Shown here: in pieces, positions 8,250 through 21,455 of the stretch
Numbering within the stretch: position 1 is the stretch's first letter
How the letters are laid out: each line of letters starts with the position of its first letter
Assembly (NCBI RefSeq): GCF_030028105.1
Contig: NC_092379.1
Span: 24,669,821-24,733,820, forward strand
DNA from: Mobula birostris
Taxonomy: Eukaryota
Length of the DNA stretch: 64,000 nt
Direction of reading: 5' to 3'
Position numbers and translations under genes: made by a program
The notes under the pieces: model-generated
The model's input: the letters and a program-made list of their open reading frames with translations, nothing else
What the model was told of the DNA's origin: nothing
Databases searched by the model: none

Positions 8250-10600
8250 TCGATGCCTTGCTTTCAGTAAATCTCATTACAAATGCATGAGAGTGGAGCA
8301 TGCCAAGTTTGTTCAAAAGGACATGACGGTAGAGCAGCGATGGTTAAGCATTTAACAAGCACCAGAAACAAAGGAGAGTTAGTGGTCTTCACCAAGCAGA
8401 TGCACAGGGGCAAACCATCAAAATGTGGCCCACCTGTATTCCAGAAAATGTCCTACATTCGTAGAAGATTGTTAGCTTTCGAAAGGCGAAGGTGGGGGTT
8501 ATTCCAGTTGGCTGTGTGACTAGTGATATTTAGCAAGCGTCGTAGTTGTAGTCTCTGCTTTTCAAGTTTTTCATAACAGAATACATTGGATTTTTGCCGA
8601 GGATCCGTATGATACAAATATAGGTGAAGTATTGGGTACTGCTGAGTAAGCAGGGAGCAGCGAGCATTCGCCGGTGGTAGGATAAGCTACGACAATGGGC
8701 ACATAAGTGGTAGATGCAACAAACAGTAGGAGTTAGTATAAAATGTAATTTGATCGCTGGAACAACGTCTTTGAAAATATTCAAAATTAGGAGTGATTTC
8801 GAAAATCTCAGGTGTATACAAACTTGATAGTCCTACTTCGTGAACCCTTCACGGTGAACTTGAGTATTGAGTCCGTACCGAAAAAGGCTATGTCGATTGT
8901 AAGGAACAAAATATAAAAGCTGGGATGTAGCGCTGTTTATTTATAGTAGCTAAACCGCACTGCATTTGCAGTTTTTAAAAGCTGCGTGCTCAAAATCCAA
9001 AAGAAGGGTGTGCTAGTTTACAAGGGAGAAAAATAGAGATTTAAGAGAATAACCCCGGGACAGATATATTTATCATACGTGGAGAGTTGTATGTCTCTTC
9101 GAATTAGAACAATGATACGAATACTATTGTAACATAAGCAGCAAAACTTTCCCTGAGTACAGTGGACGTGCGGAGGACAGATCCAGCAGCGGTAAAGTGG
9201 AGCCTCAGAGGTACTCAACCTTTGAAAAAAAGGACATGGCTTAGATAACAGTGGAAGCATTTTTTTTTTTTTTTGCTAGATTGTATATGTGTGGGATTCC
9301 TTGTCACAGTCTGTTGGAAAAGACATGTACGGTATATTTCGGGCAGAGGCAAATGTCTTCTCGAGTCGTAAGTGTGTCCTAATTTGACGGAGTTGTCAGG
9401 AGAATGCAGTTGAGATTTTATAGTATACACACTACGATCCAGTGGCAGAACCAATGTCGAGAGGTCAAAAAGAAAGAAAGAAAAAAAAAAAATCTCCGAT
9501 GGTCCTACGGCCAGATCCTGTACATACCTCTCAAACACGCTTTAATGTACCATACTTTTCATTAGTTCGATGGACAACCTCACACACTCAAGAAAAGGAT
9601 AGTAGATACACGTGATAAATATTGAGGGCTGAGAGGATTAGCAAGTAAGGCTTTGTTTAGAAATTCTGTACTTTTGGATGTTTTTATTGTTCGAGTGTAT
9701 TGCTTAATTGCGCTGAGATTAATGGCTTTAATGTTTTGGATAATAGGGACGTCATACTTGTTGGCACTGTCGCGTAACCGTCTATGTGCCGTTCTGTAGG
9801 ATTTTTCAGCTTACGTCCTTCACTTTTTGACGCAGTCTGTAGCAGGTTTGGTCCTCGGCAACACAGAAACTCAACATCGCGGCGTTAATCGCGAAGATCA
9901 CGAGGCATGCAACCCATGGAAGATTGCAAGAGTGGATTTAGAATTCTCCTGCACTCGGAAGGCATTGCGTGGTATTTGTTGCAGGTTACCATGCACACAT
10001 TTCAAGAATTACAGATGCCCTTGAGTCACAGTTTCGAGACCCTCACTCTTTGTGACATTAACAATTACCGTGTGATTTTGCGTAATGATTTTAATGTGAA
10101 TGTAGATAAATTGCATAAAGAATAGTGGCGTTGTGTACCGAGTAGGAAGCTGTCACATGTTGCAACGTGATATAGAGAGGACGTGGAGTTGGGTAGACAA
10201 ATAAGAAATTACATTTCAAATGGGGGAAAGAAAAACACCAGTGTGAAATAACCAACATTAGAAGTTCGTACAGGATTATCAGGATGATTCTTTGAGGCGC
10301 AGTGGTACAGATGGATACTCGGCTTCCACGTCAGTGTATTCCCCATTGCTGCCGCGCAAGTGAATTTAAGAACTAATATGGTGGACTGGATATTGAACTG
10401 GATATTGATTTTAAAAGCTGCGAGTAGATACCCTGCATCTCACAAAGATCCGGTAAGACAACACTAAGAGAATTGTGTTAATTTGTGATTACCTTATGAT
10501 AGAAAGGATGTCTAAAGTTTAGCTAGAGAGCTCAGAAGTATCACCATGAGGCCTCAAAGATTAGAGAACGCCTTAAGCGGAAAATTTGAAAACATGTAGA
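8250..10600 (+). mobile_element. Old, heavily decayed CR1 RT and 3' fragments; paralogs in X2, X3 and partly X4
   Basis: Paralog translations give WAHNWQMQ (cf. CR1 WAxxWQMxFN) and FFSQIVYVWDSLPQSV (cf. FFTQRVVNLWNSLPQ). Boundaries approximate. Confidence 0.6.
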
Positions 10601-10815
10601 GATTTTCATTTTGGATCAACGCTAGATGACAGTCATTATGAAAGGCAAGGATCAGATTTTCCTCAGGACGGTAATGCCAAGCACCAAAACCTTCCGTTTA
10701 TGGTTACTAGACGGACATTTACCGCAGATACCTGAAATATTGTGTGTGTTTTTTTTTTTCACAGAGAATAGCAGTTGGCTGAAATTCATGCCAGAGGTAC
10801 TAGAACCTTCATGAT

Positions 10816-12025
10816 AAGCACAAAATAATCTGCAGATGCTGTGAGCAAAGCAACACTTTCAGTACACTGGATGAACTCAGCAGGTTGGGCAGCATCAGTC
10901 AGAAACGATGAGTCGACTTTCTGGGCGGAAACCCTTTGTCGGGACTGAAGAATGAAAGATGGTGAAGGATTTGAAGAATGCTTGTAGCTTCAGTAGAAAG
11001 ACCGGTAATTTGAAAGGCAAATGGGTGGGGGATAGGAAGCATTGACGTCATAGCCCTGAAAACAATGGTTAGTAGAAGAAGGAGGAAGAGCTATGAGTGA
11101 GCTGGGGAGGGGGTAGAGAGAAATAGGGATCGAGGAAGGGAGGGGGAATGAGTTTTAAGACGCTGGAGAATTCTATGGTTATACCAAGAGGCTGGAGACT
11201 ATCTAGACTGTATATGAGGTTTTGCTCCTTCAACCTGAGTTTAGCCTCATCGTGGCTATAGTGGCTATATATGCACATATCTGAATGGGAATGGGAAGCA
11301 GAGTTGAAGTTGGTGGCTACCGGGATATCCTGTCTGTTGTGGCGGACGGAGTGAAGGTGCTCGAAGAAGCAGTCTCCCAGTCTGCGTCGGTTTACACCGA
11401 TGTAGAAGAGGCCGCACCCGCAGCATGGGATGCAGTAGATGACCCCAAGAGACACACAAGTGAAGTGCTGTCTCACCTGAAAGGACTGTTTGGGGCCCTG
11501 AATGGTTGCGGAAGATTAGTAGTAGGGACGGGTGTAGCACTTACGTTTACAGGGATAAGTGCCAGGTGGGAGATCAGTGTGGAAGGACTTGTGGGCAAGG
11601 GTGTCGCGGAGTGACCGATCCCTGCGGAAAGCGGAGACGGGTGGAGAGGGAAAGATGTGCTCAGTTGTGGGGTCCTGTTGAAGGTGGCGGAAGTTGCGTA
11701 GAATAATGTGCTGGATCTGGAGGCTGGTGGGGTGGTAGGTAAGGACAAGGGAACCTCTGTCGCTGTTGTGGTTGCGGGAGGATAGGCTGAGGGTCGAAGT
11801 GCGGGAAATGGAAGAGATGTGGATGAGGACCTCATTGATGACGATAGAAGTAAAAACACGATCCTTAAAGAAGAACACATTTGAAATGTCATGGAACGGA
11901 AAGCCTCATCCTTGGAGCAGATGCTGCGGAGACGAAGGAACTCGGAATAGGGAATGGCATTTTTTACAAGTGGCGGGGTGGAGGAGGGATAGTTGAGGTA
12001 GTTATGAGAGTCTGTAGGCTTGCAG
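10816..12025 (-). mobile_element. Penelope-like retroelement fragment (RT C-terminus plus GIY-YIG endonuclease)
   Basis: ORF 11069-11476 GVIYCIPCCGCGLFYIGVNRRRLGDCFFEHL is GIY-YIG-like; the empty site is present in the paralog at 24302-24313. Confidence 0.8.
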
Positions 12026-12027
12026 AA

Positions 12028-12096
<69 letters not shown>

Positions 12097-12130
12097 GAGA
12101 AAGAAAGAAGGAAAGAACGAAAAAAGAAAG
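12028..12130. repeat. (GAAA)n microsatellite at the element end
   Basis: Directly visible. Confidence 0.95.
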
Positions 12131-12899
12131 ATATTGAAAAAAGAAGATACTACTATGTAGACATATAATACTGTCTTTGAATGAGGGAATGTTTGGATAG
12201 ATAGTCTAGTGTTGTAAAATACTTGGCAGAACAAAGTACAGCAAAGGGTATGCAGAGTGTTGCCCTGTTTGATATTCTCTGTTTTATGTTCCTTGAGATG
12301 GAGAACGGCAGATAGTCCGTCGTTTTGTTCTTTCTTAACTCCAAAAGTGTTATCATCATTTTATCATTTTTCTCATGTTAAGTACATTTCATTTGCTATA
12401 AGTATTTCTTTTGTAATGTTTTTGTAGGACTGGGGAAAACACTCTGTCAGCTTTTGTAAATTTGAGGTTGTTCATTAGCTTCCAACAACCAAAAGAAAAG
12501 TAAAAGGCACGGTCACTTATATCGTGCCTCAAAGGAAGTTCAGCACCGAGCTTCCACAGGCGCACAAATAAATACCCTGTCAATATACTTGAGAAATAAA
12601 TGAAACAGTTAAATTTGTTTTGAAAATTTATGACTAGCATCTTATTATAGAATTTTTCCATGTGGTGTATGTCAAATTACATACTTTAGAATGTGGAGAA
12701 GTATTGAATTTCTGTAGTTGCTAAGTCCGCTCTATTCCATATTAATACCATCTCACATCATTTCAAAACCGGATTCCTATGTTCCCGGCAATATTTGCAT
12801 AACGCTTTTCAGAAAAAAAATAAACGTACGAAATTGTCTTGAATTCAAAAAAAAAAAAATCGATCTACACAGTAGATTCAAAGGAGACATTGCATGGAT

Positions 12900-12965
12900 C
12901 GATGATCTTGTAGAGACGTAAAATAAAAGAAACATTTTTTTTTTTTCACCAAGGATATAGGACTC
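12900..12965 (-). pseudogene. Highly decayed remnant of the supporting V-delta 5' end, cassette Y1; paralogs ~25075-25140 and ~47105-47170
   Basis: CACCAAGGATATAGG and the adjacent intron match the acceptor region of the X1 V-delta (CACCAGGGATATAGGATCTGAAGG). Homology fades after ~60 nt and no RSS was found. Confidence 0.6.
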
Positions 12966-14356
12966 AAGAAATGTGAAAGACGCATCACAATCAAGTCTCT
13001 ATCGTTACTGGATCCGCCACGACTCGGTATAGGTGAAGGTTTCACAAAGGCTGATTTCGTTCACAATGTGTCCAAAATGCTGTTATTGTCCTTTCCAATT
13101 TTTCCAACAACTTCCCGAGGTGGAGAAATAATTGGCACCTGGTGCATGTGGAGAAATACAATTATTGCACGTAAATGCTGAAAATTCATGTAAATAATAA
13201 TTAAAATATGGAACATTTATGAACAATCTGCCAGCGCGGGCAACCTGAGAGATGGAGGATCTACCTGTTCCATTGTGTAAAATACATTGCTGTATTTTTT
13301 TTTGTGAGAGAAGGACGAATGAGAAAAAGGATTGAACAATAATTTTATTTACAACGTCTGATGCACTATCTACAGATTTGTTGCTCTTTAATTCAGCGAA
13401 ATAGGATTCATGAGAAGGGAATGATTTTCCAAGTTTGGGATGAGAAACTGTGCGGTGAGGAGTACAGGCTGTTAAATTTAATACACCCCGGTATAAAACT
13501 TCATAATCAGTCCGTGTAACACACGTTAATGCTAAAGAAACTCAGCAGACCAGCCAGCATTTATGTAAAAGAGTAATCAGGCGATGTTTCAGGCATAGAT
13601 ACATCATCACGATATTCATTTATGTACTACCTGACTTGTGGACAACATTTAGCTTCTTCGCTCTTTTGCTTGGGTTTTCAGCATCTGCAGATTTTCTCAT
13701 GGTTCCCTTTTTGCAGTGACAGGTCATCCTCCGTATTACTTATAGTTCAATCAGCTTTCATATGTGCTTTCTTCCCCCTGATGATGTTTCTTCTACTTTG
13801 CCTACATATGGTATATATGCTCACAACCTTCAAATGTTCTGACGGATGTCGCTTGCATTGCAGTTTATATGTGGCTGTCAGGCTTATTCGCAACTGAGCG
13901 TCTTCACTGACTAATTGCATCTAGAGTTGTGCATGATAAATAGTGATTTCTCAAGCTTTCAACATACAGTTTCCGCGTACCTGCAGAGTCACTTAGCAAG
14001 AACATTTTTGAGAAGTTCCGTCAAACATGATTACGCAATGTGATGACCCAAGATCAGCATTTCTTCTTCTGCCCCCATAACCATCTGCTGGCAACACAAA
14101 TGATCACTCTGCATCTGCGAATGCACTCTTTCCTCTACTCTTGTAATGTATGGTTACAGAGCCGCGCTGCTTTTACTTGAATTGTACCTCTCCTAAGAAG
14201 AGCTCATGGCTGGCAAACCAAACGCGTTATTTGTTTCTTTCAATCTTAAGTCTTCTATCTACGAAATTTCAATCAAATTTGATATATTCAACAAAACGAC
14301 CCTTGAAAGCACTGCGAGGGAACGGCTTTATATATTTCACCAGTTCACATACCCAC

Positions 14357-14450
14357 TGACTGTTACAGTGACCGTCGTCCCTGTTCCACTTCGATAGCCA
14401 GTGTAGTAACTCACCGTGATCCGACACTCAGTCTCACTGGTACATAAACC
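14357..14450 (-). other. NAR-TCR J segment Y1 (14357-14411) with 23-RSS (14412-14450)
   Basis: SYYTGYRSGTGTTVTVTV then A|GTGGGT; RSS CACCGTG-23-ACATAAACC. Confidence 0.88.
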
Positions 14451-14749
14451 ATCCTCAACACAGTCTAATCAGCAGCCGACATTGGACTGTGTACAACTAT
14501 TGCAGACTTTTAAAACATCAACAACACCATCCAGTGTTCCAGAAACCCCTGTGAAAGAAACAACTATAAGATGACCCGCTTTCTACATTCCGAATGTCGG
14601 TTCCATAAACTTCAGCAAATGTGAAAGAAAAATAAATTCCTGAAAGGGGCAAAGTACAATGGAATTCAGCACATCGTTGCAGGAAAGTAATCCCATGTAT
14701 GATTCCATTTCCTGACTCCAGCATATATTCCTTTTTTTTCGGATCTGAA

Positions 14750-14819
14750 AGTTTTTGTTCGATTATCCTTCGTTCTGCATATCCCGAAATCCACAGTGTC
14801 TCATGTCAGGTTGAAATCT
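14750..14819 (-). pseudogene. D segment Y1 (core 14778-14791) with broken J-facing heptamer
   Basis: V-facing CACAGTG-12-TTGAAATCT; J-facing CAGAACG-12-ACAAAAACT (CAC lost). Confidence 0.8.
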
Positions 14820-15157
14820 CAGAATAAGTCTGAGCTGGAGGTAACAACTTCCCAACTTCCATCCTGTTGGAGCAGGGTGACATCTGAAGTAAGGGTTTTG
14901 GGAACGGGGTAAATCATTACGACTTGCTGTTCGCTAAAAACTGAAATGTGAAAGCCGGTTTTGTACTTGCAAGTTCAGAAGAGAAGAGAAAGAGTATGAA
15001 CAGTAAACTTCATACCGCATTACAAAATAGATTGTACGGAACGCCGGAGAAAGGCCTCGTTGAATTACGGATAGATTAACTCTATTCCTTAAGCTGTTGA
15101 TGGGATAAATTGCAGCCATTATTTGAGTACAGCGGGGATCGCTTTCCAAGCTCTGTG

Positions 15158-15449
15158 TACATTCATATTTATATACAACTTTACAAAAATAGTTGGCGCT
15201 GTCCTTAACTCCAAGATTCAAAATTTTAAGGATAATGGTCATTAATGCTTTATTTTCCGTTGTAATAAATCTTCCTCCTGTGCAGATACGCTCCCAGTCC
15301 GTTTCTGGCTGCGTCTGTTTGAAGAACTGTCCGGTTATAATTAATCGCTTGATGATTTATTTTACGGAACCTGCATGTGATGGTGAGAGACAAACATTAT
15401 ATTTTCGCCACAGCTGTCGCGCTCTGGATCAATGATTGGCCGAAGAGGA
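15158..15449 (-). pseudogene. NAR V pseudogene Y1; RSS CACAGAG-22-ACTCAAATA at 15157-15120
   Basis: In-frame TAA at 15397-15399 just before the FR1 Cys, plus a CDR1 frameshift; 3' part reads ILNLGVKDSANYFCKVVYKYEC. Confidence 0.9.
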
Positions 15450-15596
15450 CTGGAAATTAAGAAAATGCAGAAGGGAAGCGTCATTAGATGTGAAATACGC
15501 AAGACGACTAATACCATAACTTCATGAAATTCTTAATCTACCAATTCAGTTTTATATCTAACTCACATACTGCAGAGAATTGCGTACGGTCCTCAC

Positions 15597-15639
15597 GCCA
15601 AAAGCAGATGCAGAGCGTGACATTCAAGAGGAAATTCAT
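15597..15639 (-). pseudogene. Leader exon of pseudo NAR V Y1
   Basis: MNFLLNVTLCICFW + GTGAGG donor; TATAAA-like motif (minus strand) ~25 bp upstream. Confidence 0.85.
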
Positions 15640-16088
15640 CGTTTCGTGTCCGGGTGTAATGTGGTTTATATGAAGGAGAGCTAGACTGCTGTGTTACGTT
15701 ATTCCTCAGAACATGGCAGAGACACCTCTGCCGCTTGCTGTTCCAGATTTATGCAATTGCTGTGCTCATTCCGAATTACGTTTTTTGCGAGAAAGTGTCT
15801 GGTTTAATGAACAATAGCTATGGTTCTGTTCCTACTCAAGCTCTTTGAACCAGATGAGACTGGTCTCCATGGCAGTTTTAAGGTTAATACTAGTATGGTG
15901 GGAAAGGTGTCAAAACACGTGAGTTTTATGGAACTGTGGAAGTTGGAGGCAAAGTTGTTGAAATTTACAAGGTCAAAAAGTGTGCATGCATTATTCCAGT
16001 AGTTACCAGATGTGGCTATTACTTTTTAACCACTTCAGAGGCAACGGTTGAATAAACAGGTCATAGAGTACAAGTTATTTTTATTCGG

Positions 16089-18556
16089 ATAAGACCATAC
16101 GAATAGATTACCGAGTTGATTTACTGAGTCTGCTCCGCCACTCAATCATGGCTGATCCATTTTTTTTCTCCTCGTAAACCGCATTTCCCGGCTTTCTCCC
16201 GTAATCGTTGATCTTATGTCTAATCCAGAACCTTTCCATCTCTCTCTTAAACACACCCAACGACCTGGACATCAAAGCTACATGTTGCAATAATTTGCAC
16301 ATATCACCACCCACTGGCAAAATAAATTTCAGCGCAGCTCTGTTCTTTTTTGAATGGGCGCCCCTCTATCCTGAGGCTGTGCCCTCTTATCCTATTCTCG
16401 CCCCCCCCCCAATAGAAATATCCTTTTCACATCTACTCTGACAGGGGCATTCAACATTGGAAAGTTTTCAATGAGATTCCCTTCAGCTTTCTAAATTCCA
16501 GAGAGTACATACCCACAGCCATCCAAAAAAAAAAAAAAAAAAAACAACTTTCATTCCTGGAATCACCGTTCTGAACCTACTGTGGACCATCTCCAATATC
16601 AGCACATATTTTCTAAAATGAACAACCCAACACAGTTCACAATACACAAGATGAAAACTCACTAGAGCCTCATAAATTCTCAGCATCACATTCGTGCAAT
16701 TCCATTCTGGACTTCTGAAATGAATGTCAACATTAGAGTTGCCCTTCTCACCACCGAAACAACCCACAATTTAACATTCATTAGGTTCTGAAGAAAGAAT
16801 GCCAAGTATTTCTGCATCAGAGTTTTGAATTTTCTCCCCGTTTAGAAAATACTCCATTTCATATTCCATTTGCCACTTTCTTGCAGATTTTCCTCATCTG
16901 TCTGAGTCCTTCTGTCATCCGAATTGTTTCTGCAAGACCTCCTGCCTCTGCACAGATCTTCATATCTTCTGCAAACCTGACCAAAAAGGTAACTATTTTA
17001 CCTTCAAAATCATTTATATACGACATAAACAGAACTGGTCCCAACACCTACCCAAGCGGGGGGTGGGGGGGGGCGGCGGTTCGGAAACACCAGTCACTGG
17101 CACTCAAACAGACAAGGATCCATTATTCCCATTCGCCGCCTCCTTCCAATTAACCAATGATCTAACCTTCCTGTAATACAGCAAGCACTTAACTTGGTAA
17201 GCAGCCGCATGCTGGTACCTTGTCAAAGGCCTTCTGAAACGTCCACATATACAACGTTCACTGCATCCCCTTTATCTATCTTACTTGTAATCTCCTCAAT
17301 GAACTCCAACAGGTTTGACAGGCAAGATTGTCCCGTAAGGGAAACGTATTGACTTTGTACTATCTTCTCCGGTGTCACAAATTACTCCATCACTTCAGCC
17401 TGAACAATTGACTCCAACATCTTGCCAAACACTAAGGTCACGCTGACTTGTCTATAATTTATTTCTTTCAACTTTTCTTCGCTCTTAAACAGTAGATTGA
17501 CTTTTAAAATTTTCCAGTTCTCTGGCACCATGCCAGTGTCCAATAATGTTTGAAAGATCATTTCTAATGCCACCGCAATCTGTAAAGCTACATCGTTCAG
17601 ACAGCTAGAGTGACTAATATACCCTTACATATTTCAGCTTTTTGAGCACTTTCCCTCATGTTATATTAACTGCACGATTTTCTCCTCATCCACACATTAC
17701 AACATCTGACAAAATCCTCGTGTCTTCAACAGTAATGACTGATGTAAAATACTGCTATATGTTTATACCCCGTTGATACTTATTTGCCTCATTTGAAGCC
17801 GGTGCTATATTCACTCTCATTTCTCTTTTTTTTTCTTATATAATTAAATAAGCTTTTCCGATCCACTTTGAGATAATCCACTAGCTTGCTTTCATATGCC
17901 TTCTTTCTCCTTCTAATGACTCATTTAGTTGCTCTCTGCAGCTTTTTAAACACTTTCCAACACTATTTTTCCACTATTTTTCTTTTTTTTTGCTTCTTTG
18001 TATGCCTCTGTCTTATTTTTAGATGAGCTTTGACTTCACTTTCAGGCACGGTCGTGAAATATTACCATTCGGGTAATTCTTCATGTTTTGGAATGCACTT
18101 GTCGTTCCTCATTTTACCCAGAAACACACGCCATTGTCGCTCTGCTAACATTCCTGCGAGCAGCTTCTTCCAGTTTACTTTGACCAGCACCTCTTTCGTA
18201 CCACTGTACTTCTGTTGCTCCAGTGAAATAGTGCAACGCGAGAATTTATTTTCTCCCTATCAAATTTCAAGTTGAAGTCTATCACATTATGATCACTGGT
18301 TCCTCAGGGTTCTTTTATCTTCAGCTGTCTAATCGCCCCCGTTCCTAACATAACAGCTAATCATGTATATCTGATTCTCCTGCAGGCTCAGCGATAAATT
18401 TCTCTAAAAAGCCATCGCTTAGGCATTCAACAAACTCATTCTTCGAATCGACCTGCATGTTAAATTCTCCCATGGCTACTGTAACATTACTCTTTTTGTC
18501 GGCCCTTTTCTATTTCTAACTGTAAATTGTGGGCCATCTCCATCTACTTTGGAATG
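16089..18556 (-). mobile_element. Decayed 5'-truncated CR1 LINE shared by Y units; paralogs 28447-30884 and 50651-52065 (the latter with ~1-kb internal deletion)
   Basis: ORF fragments LGPVLFMSYINDF...RFAEDMKI (cf. FADDTKI) and IFQTLLDTGMVPENWK; 3' tail ATAAGACCATA at the low-coordinate end. Confidence 0.8.
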
Positions 18557-20257
18557 TCAGTATTTAACTGAGATCAGAGGCATACACTCAGTCGAGGTGC
18601 TGTACAATCGTTGTCTTAGACATGCCTGGGCATGCTTATTCAGTTAGATGCTGGCAGACAGGCTATAAAAGCTGTTCATATTTATAGATGCTGTTTAGAC
18701 TCATGTTGATGCAAATGTTTTCCAGGCAATAGCATAGTGAGTATATTTAATAATAGGACTTACTGTCTTCAGGAAGATTCAATAAAGCAGAAATATCTCG
18801 GCAATGCCGCAACAGCTGTGATACATTCTGTTACATTTGTGGCGAGTATAGTCTTAAGGGTCAAAGACGCATCATGACTGCACTTATTATGAAAGCCTAT
18901 ATGCTCTAATTGGGATGTAAAATTTGTGACCGAGTCAAGCCCTTGGCTCCTGATATTTGTTGTGCAACATGTGTAGTCAACCTGAGAGCTCGACTCAGAG
19001 GTACTCGGAAGTCAATGCCAATTGCAGTCTCAATGATATGGCGAGAACAGAAGGATCACGTGACTGACTGTTACTTCTGTCTGAGCAATCCATCTGGCTT
19101 CTCTAGTAAAAATAAGAAACCTATTGAATACACCAATCTGCCTTGAGCCATGAGACCAGAGTCAAATGATGACAGTTTGGCTGTACCGATAACACCAGTG
19201 ACAGGAAGCCCAGGTGAGACACATGAAGATGTCACAATGGAAGAAACAGATGTGGCAAACGACACTGATCCACATGTTAAACCCTTTATGTCTGGTTATT
19301 CTCATTGGTAACACAGCCAGTATTAAATGACCTGGTCTTGCACTTAGATTTGTCAAAGCTAAAGCAGAACTATTTGATTCAAGGTTGCAAGGATGGAGTT
19401 TGCGGTCACCACGTACAAAAAAAATTATATCTCTCGAAACCATCAAGAACATTGACAAACTTCTTTACGCAGGTTGAAAACATCTGTTTCGGCATTGACA
19501 TTGATTACACTGACAAAGATATGTCTGCCTCCTCTTCATATAAAACACGGACCGATGAAAAATATTTTGGAAACAATGAACAAAGACGGTTTTGAATTTC
19601 GCTATTCGAGACAGATGTTTTGAAGAATAATTCATCCCAAGATTAAGAAAGGCATTGTTGTTGGCCCACAAATCAGACAGGTCATCAATAACAGGGAGTT
19701 CGAGGATCTGCTCTTGGGGTCGGAGAAAGTAGCATGGAAGGCATTTAAGGATGTTGTTGAGATTTTTCTTTGCAATTACAGAGCACCAAACTAGCTTGAG
19801 ATCCTTGACAATATGCTTAAAGCATACAAAACCATGAAGTGCAGCATGTCATTTCCTGCATTGACACTTGGACATCTTGCCTGCTGATCTTGGTGCAGTC
19901 AGTGACGAACATGGTGAAAGCTTTCACCAGGACTTTGCAACCATGGAGAAATAGTATTTGGGCAAGTGGAATCCATTAATGTTGGCGGGCTATTGTTGGA
20001 CACCGACACGAGTGGCACCAGATTCTGAGTACAAAATCATCTGCAAAACATCTTATGCTAAGCTGAACTTACACAATGTGACAGTATTATTATGCAGTTA
20101 AACCTGATAAATTCAATAAAAGTTTTAATTATTGTCCAAGTTCTTAAGAGATACAGCAAATTTGAAATTACTTTTGTGTTCACCATGACATTGTCAGTCA
20201 TAATCTCTATCTTTTTTTTTCAGGAAGCAAAACGTTAGAAAAAAATGTTGTCCAGTG
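18557..20257 (+). mobile_element. Chapaev-type DNA transposon relic, left end lost, right end ...GTTGTCCAGTG
   Basis: Fragments SRQCRNSCDTFCYICGEY, MPIAVSMIWREQKDHVTDCYFC, KIKKGIVVGPQIR and GAVSDEHGESFHQD; multiple stops and an internal deletion. Confidence 0.78.
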
Positions 20258-20288
20258 AGCTATTACTGTGTAATCCACAACATTGAGT

Positions 20289-20542
20289 GCTTTTTGTGCA
20301 TCACGCTTCTTCTTGTCTATCTCTGTGCTCTTCGCCGACTGGTGGCACGTTGGTACAAAGCCGAATCGCTCATTTGCAGTTTCGAGATCATTAACATGCA
20401 GATTTTATTTTCCTGATCGAGAGAACCGAAGAAGTGTCCTTCGGCAGCACTTTCCTGATCCTGATCACCAGAGGTATGCCTCTGGAGCAGACATTTTGGG
20501 GGCTCTGCTTGGAGCTACCGGTACCAGTGTATCGCGTACGGC
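20289..20542 (-). pseudogene. 5'-truncated supporting V-delta pseudogene X2 (20328-20542) with RSS CACAGAG-23-ACAAAAAGC
   Basis: WYR followed by TAG (20515-20517); second Cys TGT>CGT (20347-20349); homology to X1 stops just 5' of the conserved Trp. Confidence 0.9.
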
Positions 20543-21377
20543 AGATTTCTTTAAGACTTGATGTATGTTGTCTCGAATGCCTTCCTTTTATTACGTCATC
20601 ATCTATTTACGTTGCTTGCTGATATCCCAGATAAGATAATTGCCTCTTTCATATTCATCCATCGCTTTTATTGTATCCTACTATATTGTATTATAATCTA
20701 CTCGCTCTATTGCACCTTTGTTTAATACTTTGCACTTACCTAGTCCAACGTTAATGGCTATATATCTAGGAAATTATGTACTACGTGAACTCATTGCTTT
20801 AGCTGTAATGAGAAGGAGAATAGAACTAGCGATTCGCTTACTGGCATTCCCAGCGCTCGCCTCAGTTCTCTAACAAGGATAAATTCCGCTATTTTTGTCG
20901 AAATATCTTTTCTGCATTAGCTATGTGCGAAAGTTTCTATATTTGACCATTGTTCAGCAATGCCCTATGGTATAAAAATAACAAATTTACATTTATTTTC
21001 AATTTCTCTACGAGGTATTTGAACAAACTCTCATATGCTTTTTTTTTACAATTTGCCTCCTGCTCGCAATTTATTTCCTTCCATGTCAGAATCCCTTTCT
21101 CTCTGTCTTTCTGCAATGTTTGTAGCCGTCATAAATCATACACCCATTAATTTTGCCCTCTTGTCTATCGCTACTAATGGGACTTGCTTCGATTCGTTGG
21201 TGGTAACCTGGTTAGGGAACAGAATCTATTCCGCATAAAAAGGTAGTTGACAAGAGATTGGGAAGGAGTTGTGAACCTATTGTGGGCGATGGAATGGCTG
21301 GAGTGCGGGTGCAGTATGGTGATGGGATAGATACAAATATTTTAGCATTTGCAATCGGACCTTCCAATTATTGGTAT

Positions 21378-21455
21378 TAGTATTATTTTTATTATTATTT
21401 GTTGTTGTTTTTGTTGTTGTTGTTATTTTGGTTGATGTTGTGGTTGTTGCTGTTG
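21378..21455. repeat. Mixed (TTA)/(TTG)n microsatellite
   Basis: Directly visible. Confidence 0.9.

Noticed and set aside
20258-20275. X2 deletion as a germline RAG event
   Set aside because: The breakpoint falls inside the second heptamer with AC microhomology, not at the heptamer border.
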